In this document: piece after piece, positions 55,532 through 64,000 of the stretch
Layout of the letters: each line of letters begins with the position of its first letter
Position numbering within the stretch: the first letter of the stretch is position 1
NCBI RefSeq assembly: GCF_006345805.1
Contig: NC_043023.1
Coordinates: 10,292,001 to 10,356,000, forward strand
Origin: Octopus sinensis
Taxonomy: Eukaryota
Reading direction: 5' to 3'
DNA length: 64,000 nt
The notes under the pieces: model-generated
What the model saw: the letters and a program-made list of their open reading frames with translations, nothing else
Database searches by the model: none
What the model was told of the DNA's origin: nothing
Position numbers and translations under genes: made by a program

Positions 55532-56608
55532 ATAAAAACCATAGAAAGTCATGAGGAAGGAGAGGTGAATGTATTTATTTAACCACTTGACATCCTTACG
55601 ATGGATTACACTTGTTTCATAGCCTTTTTCATGTAGTAATAATTTCAGTCTGGAATAAAGTACATTTTACATATTTGCATAAATATGCATTACACAATTG
55701 TATGTACATATAAGAATGCATCATCTATGTACCACCAAAATCAAATACAGCTTGGACCAAAAGTCGTGCACCAAGGTTGAAAATTCACATTATATACTTT
55801 TTTACTTTACATTTTTTGTTACTTTTTTTACTTGTTTCAGTCATTTGACTGCGGCCAAGCTGGAGCACTGCCTTTTAGTAGAGCAAATCGACCCCAGGTC
55901 TTATTCTTTGTAAGTCTATTACTTATTCTATCGGTCTCTTTTGCTGAACCGCTAAGTAACGGGGGCGTAAACACACCAGTATCAGTTGTCAAGCGATGCT
56001 GGGAGGACAAACACAGACACACAAACATACATGCACACATATATACACATATATATATATATATATATATACGACAGGCTTCTTTCAGTTTCCATCTACC
56101 AAATCCACTCACAAGGCTTTGGTCGGTCCAAGGCTATAGTAGAAGACACCTTCCCAAGGTGCCACGCAGTGGGACTGAACTCAGAACTGTGTGGTTGGTA
56201 AGCAGGCTACTTACCACACAGCCACTCCTGCGCCTATGTATGTATATATATATATTATACATTTCAAAAACAACACTTTATAAAGAGACTCGCGGAAACT
56301 CAGGTTTCAAGTAAACAGAAAATCTGTAAAGCTTACTTCCGTTCATAGAGTATAAATGAAAAGTGGAATAAAATATTACCTTAGAGAACAGTTGAATACT
56401 ATCAACATGCTAATTAAAAATTACTTTATACTTAATTTTTAAATGTCATATGTTCTGGTGCATGACTTTTGGCCCACCCTGTAATATCAGTAGTACCTTT
56501 TTTTTTAACTGGTAATAGCTGAGATGGAAATAATATTCTGAAGGAATGGCTTTTTTTTTTTTTTCCATTAAAACAAAACCCAGAATAGTAAGCAATGTCG
56601 CCAAAGTA

Positions 56609-57799
56609 TTGGGTTGGCAACTAAATTCCCACCATTTTTTTAAATTTTGGAATTTATTGTTTTTAAATTCTGGAATCTATTTTTTGCAAGAATTCTATTT
56701 TTGAATCATTTTGGAATCTATTTTGCTTTCTTTCCCAGATTAATCTTAGTTAATTTTAGTTAATTTCAGATCATTAAAATGGAAAGTCAAGTTAAGAAAA
56801 ACAAGCATTTTCGACACCTCCTTGTTTTTGCTTTTAATCAAGGTTCTAAGGCCACGAAAGCTGCTCACGACATTTTTGCTGTGTATGGAGAGGGTGCCAT
56901 GGCTGAAAGAACCGCTCGTGATTGGTATGCCAAGTTCAAAAATGGAAATTTTGACCTCAAAGATGCACCTCGTTCTGGCCGTCCAGTTGGGTTCAACGAA
57001 GAGCAATTAAACCAACTTTTACATGAAAATTCTCATCAAATGACAAGGGAATTGGCAGAGAAAATGGAATGCTCCCATACTGCTATAGAGAAGCATCTTC
57101 ACTCGATGGGAAAGGTTCAGAAGTATGGAGCATGGTTTCTGCATGCTTTAAGTGACAACAACAAAAATCAACAAACCACAATCTTCGCTTGTTTGCTTAC
57201 TCGTCACCACTCAACTCATGGACACAAGCAATGATTTCTTTACCGAATATAGTTACTAGCGACAAAAAATGGTACCTGTACATCAATATGAAGCAGCGTA
57301 AGGAATGGCTTAGCCCCGGTAAACAGGCGACACTGCTCGTAAAACAAGATCTTCATCCGCATGAAACGATGTTGTGCATATGGCGGGACTAGGAAGGGAT
57401 TATCCATTACAAATTGCTTGAACGGAACCAAACGGTTAACACGGAACTCTATGTTCAACAGATGAAACGACCAAGGAAGCCATTCAAACACATGGTTGGA
57501 AAGTGCTGCCACACCCAACGTTCTCCTGATTTGGCACCAACGAATTTCCACCTCTTTCAAATGCTATGCACAGAGTTTCATTCAATTCTGATGCAGAATT
57601 GAGAGCTTGGTTGGATCAATTTTTCGAGTCGAAATCAGGTGATTTCTACCAACGAGGTATTGAAAATTTTGTTGAACGTTGGGAAGAAGTTGTAAATAAC
57701 AAGGGTGTATACATTATTGATTAATTAGTTGTTATTTTTTATTAAACTTTTAAAAAAATTAAATTTAAAAACACTGTGGGAACTTAGTTGCCAACCCAA
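56609..57799 (+). mobile_element. Mariner element with both TIRs and TA TSD; transposase pseudogene
   Basis: TA|ttgggttggcaactaa ... ttagttgccaacccaa|TA. MESQVKKNKHFRHLL...RSGRP..., then IVTSDKKW, MLCIW and SPDLAPTNFHLF motifs. Stop at 57232-57234, further stops, and loss of the HDNA segment. Confidence 0.93.
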
Positions 57800-58305
57800 T
57801 AGATAATGATGTAGTTAGATAATTTATGTTAGCAAGTTAGGCGCAGGAGTGGCTGTGTGGTAAGTAGCTTGCTAACCAACCACATGGTTCCGGGTTCAGT
57901 CCCACTGCGTGGCATCTTGGGCAAGTGTCTTCTGCTATAGCCCCGGGCCGACCAATGCCTTGTGAGTGGATTTGGTAGACGGAAACTGAAAGAAGCCCGT
58001 CGTATATATGTGTGTATGTGTATGTGTTTGTGTGTGTGTGTTTGTACCCCTAGCATTGCTTGACAACCGATGCTGGTGTGTTTACGTCCCCGTCACTTAG
58101 CGGTTCGGCAAAACAGACCGATAGAATAAGTACTAGGCTTACAAAGAATAAGTCCCGGGGTCGATTTGCTCGCTTAAAGGCGGTGCTCCAGCATGGCCGC
58201 AGTCAAATGACTGAAACAAGTAAAAGAGTAAAAGAGAGTAAGAGTAAGTTGTCATTACACACTGTTATGTCTTTTTTTCCCCTCTGTGGAAGCATTTAAT
58301 TTTAT

Positions 58306-58697
58306 ACTAGCAGTATCGCCTGGCGTTGCTCAGGTTTGTTTCGACCCTTTAGAATTGGAATTTTTGAAAAGTAAATATTTTGCATTATGTAGATTGTTAT
58401 TCTCTTTAAGTGAACATTTTTCTGGTTGAAATACACCGAAAAATGATGACACAACAGTAAAAAAAGCGTAAAAAAAAGGGATTTTCATAGAAAAAAAGCA
58501 CCTTTTTGATGTAAATAATTTTTGGTGTTAACATGGTCCGATTAAAATTTTTTCTTCTACGGAATGAAAAGCAAGCCTTCTTCTATCATACTCTCAATTT
58601 TGGTCAACTTGCACCGCAGGGTCTCGGAGGAGATAGTGTTAGTTGAAGGCTACCAAACCTGCTATACACAGACAACTTCAGCTTTATATGTAGAGAT
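58306..58697 (-). mobile_element. Helitron-like non-autonomous element (family of the 3885 and 6801 copies)
   Basis: actagcagtatcgcctggcgttgctc ... cagctttatatgtagagat. Confidence 0.75.
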
Positions 58698-59950
58698 AAG
58701 ACATTTCTTTCAAAAAATTACTTTCAATATTGATACAATCAATCATCATCATTTAACATCCGCCTCCATTGCTGGCATGGGTTGGACAGTTTGACAGGAG
58801 CTGGCCAGGAGGAAGACTGCACCTGACTACTGTGTCTGTTTTGGCATGGTTTTTACACCTGGATGCCCTTCTGTAAAAACCATGCCTAAACTGACCTCAC
58901 CTGTGCCGGTACTACATAAAAAAACACTCAGGGTGGGCTTAGGAAGGGCATCCAACTATAAAAACCATGGCAAAACAAACACACAGGTGTGGTACAGTCT
59001 TCTGCCTGGTTTCATCACAATGATATGGTTTCTCACCTGTATGAATATTTACATGTCACTCTTCTGTATAATTATGTATGTGGATATATCTCTTTACTGC
59101 CCACAAGGGGCTAAACATAGAGGGGACAAACAAAGACAGACAAAGGGATTAAGTCGATTACATCGATCCCAGTAAGAAACTGGTACTTTATTTATCGACC
59201 CTGAAAGGATGAAAGACAAAGTCGACCTCGGCGGAATTTGAACTCAGAACGTAGCGACAGGCGAAATACCACTGAGCATCTCGCCCGGTGCGCTAATGTT
59301 TCTGCCAACTCACTGCCCTGCTTATTCTTTATTCTACAATATTCAATGCATGCATCAGTCTAGCGAGCTTGCAGAAACCGTTAGTACGCTGGTTCAAGTG
59401 CTTAGTGGATTTTGTCTGTCTTCACGTTCTAATTCCGCGGAGGTCGACTTTGCCTTATATAATTATGCATGTGGATTATATCTCTTTACTGCCCACAAGG
59501 GGCTAAACATAGAGGGGACAAACAAGGACAGACAAACGGATTAAGTCGATTACATCGACCCCAGTGCGTAACTGGTACTTGATTTATCGACCCCGAAAGG
59601 ATGAAAGGCAAAGTCGACCTCGGCGGAATTTGAACTCAAAACATAAAGGTAGACGAAATACCTATCTCTTTACTGCCCACAAGGGGCTAAACATAGAGGG
59701 GACAAACAAGGACAGACAAAGGGATTAAGTCGATTACATCGACCCCAGAGCGTAACTGGTACTTGATTTATCGACCCCGAAAGGATGAAAGGCAAAGTCG
59801 ACCTCGGCGAAATTTGAACTCAGAACGTAGCGACAGGCGAAATACCGCTGAGCATTACGCCCGGTGTGCTAACGTTTCTGCCAGCTCGCCGCCAATTATG
59901 TATTGTGGATAGTAGGTTGTTGCTTTTGAGAGGATAATATACCACAGTTA

Positions 59951-61319
59951 TCAGTCACAAGGTTTATCCTCTGTATGAATGAGTCTGTGTTTCGTTAAGA
60001 GACCTATTTGAGGGAATGACTCACCACAGGTACCACAGTGATGTGGTTTCTCTCCTGTATGAATGAGTTTGTGAGTAGCTAGGTGATCGACTTGGGAGAA
60101 TGACTTATCACAGATATCACAGTGATGTGGTCTCTCTTCTGTATGAATGCGTTTGTGTCTAGTCAGCCCACTGCTTCCAGAGAAAGATTTACCACAGATA
60201 TCACAGTGATATGGTTTATCTCCTGTATAAAGACGTTTATGCATAGTTAAGTTGTCCGTACGAGAGAAGGATTTATCATTCACATCACAGTGATATGGTT
60301 TCTCTTCTGTATGAATATAAACATGTATAGTCAGATTATCATTCTCAGGGAATGGTTGCTCAGAGGTATCACACTGATGTGGTTTCTCTCCCGAATGAAT
60401 ACGTTTATGCGTAGTTAAGTTACCCTTATGAGAGAAATATTTACCACAGATCTCACAACGATAAGGTTTTTCTCCTGTATGAATGCGTTTGTGTGTAGTT
60501 AAGATACCATTCTGAGAAAATGATTTCCCACAGACATCACAATGAAATGGTTTCTCCCCTGTATGAATGGATTTGTGTCTAATTAAGTGGCTTCCGACAG
60601 AGAATGATTTCCCACAGATATTGCAATCATATGGTTTTTCCCCTGTATGAATGTGTTTGTGTTCAGTCAGGCTGTTCCTTTGAGAGAATGATTTACCACA
60701 GATATCACAGAGAAACGGCTTCTCTCCAGTATGAATATGCTTGTGAATTATTAAGCTTTCTTTCTGGGAGAAAGACTTACCACAGATATCACAAGGGTAC
60801 GGTCTCTCTCCTGTATGAATACGTTTGTGTATAGCTAAGTTGCCGTGGCCTGAAAACGATTTATCACAGATGTCACAGTGATACGGTTTGTCTCCTGTAT
60901 GAATTCGTTTATGTATTGTTAAGCCACCTGTCTCTGAGAATGATTTATCACAGATATCACAGCGATATGGTTTCTCTCCTGTATGAATGCGTTTGTGTAT
61001 AGTCAAGCTGCCTTTCTGAGAAAACGATTTACCACAGACATCACAGTGATATGGTTTCTCTCCTGTATGAATATATTTGTGAATATTGAAGTTACCCTTT
61101 TGAGAAAACGATTTTCCACAGATATCACAGTGATATGGCTTCTGTCCTGTATGAATGTATTTGTGTGTATTCAGGTTACCTTTTTGAGAAAATGACTTTC
61201 CACAGATATCACAAACAGTACAGCGGTTTTCCTATATCTTTTGGTATTTCATCAAGAGACTCATTGCCGTCAAACTGTGATTCACACTTAATATTGTCAA
61301 CACACAATTTGTTTTCCAT
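59951..61319 (-). CDS. C2H2 zinc-finger gene, 15 fingers (2 degenerate), with one +1 frameshift before finger 1
   Basis: ATG at 61319 gives [35 protein letters not shown], then an extra base in the run at 61213-61215. The finger frame is open to 59951; acceptor tttcag| at 61634/61633. Confidence 0.75.
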
Positions 61320-63029
61320 AATTTTTCTGATATTTTTCTTCCTTATGTTCATAAACTTTATTCCTAACAAATATTTGCTTTATTATATCTCCATCAATTG
61401 TGAACAAAGTCAGCATCTGAAAATGCTGCAAACCTCTTTGTAATCCAAGTTTATATATCCCAGGCATTGAAGTAACAACATTTTGTTAATAATCTCAGCC
61501 AGAGAAAGCAGTTCACAGTAGTCTCTCTCACAGAGATTTATAGAAACAGGATTATATCCATTTCTTTAATCTTGGTAAATGATGGCAAATCCATGGTTAA
61601 AACACTCTGTAAATTCTGATGACATTTGGTATTCTGAAATAAGAGAGAAACAATAATAAACTAAAGAATAGAGAAAAACATAGAAAAGATAAACAATAGA
61701 TATAAACCTTTGCTTGAAAACCTAAAATTTACTTTTTAGTTTGTAAATAAAATTACATCATATAATCTTTATCTGTAGGTGCAGGAGTGGCTGTGTGGTT
61801 AGTAGCTTGCTTACCGACCACATGGTTCTGGGTTCAGTCCCACTGTGTGGCACCTTGGGCAAGTGTCTTTTGCTATAACCTTGTGAGTGGATATGGCAGA
61901 CGAAAACTGAAAGAAGCCTGTCGTATGTGTGTTTGTCCCCCCCCCCCAACATAGCTTGACAACCGATGTTGGTGTGCTTACATCCCTGTAACTTAGTGGT
62001 TCGAACAAAGGGACAAATAGAATAAGTACTAGGCTTACAAAGAATAAGTCAATTTGTTCAACTAAAGGTGGTGCTCCAGCATGGCCTCAGTCAAATGACT
62101 GAAACAAATAAAAGTACATATATATATATATACATACACATACATATATATGTGTATATATATATATATATATAAATAGAGTAACTGGTAACATTATCTA
62201 TTTTTTCCCCGTTAATTGTAAACAAGGGAAAAATACAAATATCTATTTATATATCGGGACCACTCTTCTTAAATAGAACCCTGGTTCTTATTCTATCAGT
62301 CCCTTTTAGTCGGCCACTAACTTAAGGGATGTAAGCAAGACAACACCCGTTGTCCAGCAAGACAGGAGAACAAAGACACACACAAACATATAAATGATGG
62401 ACTTGCACGGTTTCTGTCTACCAAATTCACTCACAAGTGAGCTATGGCAGATGACACTTGGCCAAAGTGCCATGCGCCGGGATTGAACATGAAGCAACAT
62501 GGTTGCAAAGCCAGCTTCTTAACCACACAGACAGGCCAGTCAAACTTTTAAAGCTAGCACTTCATTTATTGAATATCATCATCATCGTTTAACGTCCGCT
62601 TTCCATGCTAGCATGGGTTGGACGGTTCAACTGGGGTCTGGGAAGCCCGAAGGCTGCACCAGGCCAGTCAGATCTGGCAATGTTTCTACAGCTGGATGCC
62701 CTTCCTAACGCCAACCACTCCGTGAGTGTAGTGGGTGCTTTTTATGTGCCACCGACACAGGTGCCTGACGAGGCTGGCGAACAGCCACACTCGGATGGTG
62801 TTTGTTACGTGCCACCAGCACGGAGGCCAGTCGATGCAGTACTGGCGACGGCCACGTTCGGATGGTTTTCTTATGTACTTAAAATTCAATTTAGACGTTT
62901 AAAAGAATAAAATAAAATCGACAGGAAATAACCTGTGATATCCCATAATTTCTTAAAGCGACCAGATGAGATCCCTTAATTTTATTAATAGATCTCCCTC
63001 ATTATGTTGCATCCACAGATACCTACTTG

Positions 63030-63447
63030 GGATCTTTTCGGTTTGAACGGCTGTTTTTTCTAGCAGTGTCATATGAAACTGTCACCCATAATTATGACCC
63101 TAGTATCGATCCATTGCATTTCAATCTGTTTTAGGGTTAGGGTTAGGGGTGGGGGAAGGATATCTTTTTTCTTCACAAATGTAAATAAACCCAATCTGTT
63201 TCTTAAACGAGGGACATATTCGTACGGCACAGAATGTTTTCACCTCAATAGACGTCATTGATTGGTTGAAATTGCAGAAATTGAAGAAAAAACAACAACA
63301 AATATCTTACAAACATATAGAATTTTCTCAATAAAGCCCGAGAGAAAAAGATGTTTTATAAACACATTCTACCAGTATACGAAGTTTAAAAGTGTTTAGT
63401 TACGTGGAAATTATTTTAAAAAACTGCCGGTCAAACCGAAAAGATCC
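63030..63447. mobile_element. MITE (same family as 7225-7616) plus a partial 3' duplicate at 63448-63595
   Basis: TIRs ggatcttttcggtttgaacgg and ccggtcaaaccgaaaagatcc. Confidence 0.85.
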
Positions 63448-64000
63448 AAATATCTTACAAACTATAGAATTTTCTAAATAAAGCCAAGAGAAAAAGATGT
63501 TTTATAAACATATTCTACCAGTATACGAAGTTTAAAAGTGTTTAGTTACGTGGAAATTATTTTAAAAAACTGCCGGTCAAACCGAAAAGGTCCAAAATAT
63601 AAAATAAAATCAACAGGAAATAACGACAGTGATATCCCATAATTTCTCAAAGCGACCTGGTGAGATCCTTTAATTTTATTAATAGATCTCCCTCATTATG
63701 TTGTATCCACAGATACCTACTTGTAGCAGTATAGTACATTCTAGTGATAACTTATTTCAGAAATAGCTGTAACAGGATGAGAGTTCAGGAACCCTGGAGG
63801 GGTGTCCGATCTCTCATCATGTTACAATTGGTACCGTGTGACATAGCTAAGCCTCGCGGTCGCATCCCTAACGGAATAGGATAAGCCATAATACAATTTA
63901 TACAAAACAGAATATAAATGAATGACGAACAAGCCGTACCAGTGTTTTGTATAAATTGTATTATGTATTTCTTTACTGCCCACAAGGGGCTAAACATAGA

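Overview
AT-rich eukaryotic genomic DNA, most likely an octopus or other coleoid cephalopod (inferred from the KRAB-less C2H2 zinc-finger cluster, SINE families and dense (TA)n microsatellites; not confirmed by search). It has one 100-N gap (18337-18436). Protein-coding content: one intact 21-finger C2H2 gene (minus, 35616-33808) with a predicted non-coding first exon and a CpG-rich promoter near 39.4 kb; a 15-finger gene with a single frameshift (61319-59951); three disrupted paralogues and two truncated fragments in a duplicated block (1-8246 versus 13129-18336); and a two-coding-exon gene for a ~784-aa protein with 21 ankyrin repeats (23329-23412 + 24908-27178). The rest is mostly mobile DNA: at least five SINE-like families, Helitron-like non-autonomous elements, a MITE, two mariner relics, a Merlin/IS1595-type relic, RTE and CR1-like LINE fragments, and several long inverted repeats. 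The most unusual structure is a 9.9-kb array (44857-54718) with one tRNA-like SINE head followed by 55 headless SINE bodies of 172/184 bp arranged in an 11-unit (1952-bp) higher-order repeat. The same 'one head, n bodies' layout recurs at small scale elsewhere in the window. No previously undescribed system is proven; functional ideas below are labelled as inference.
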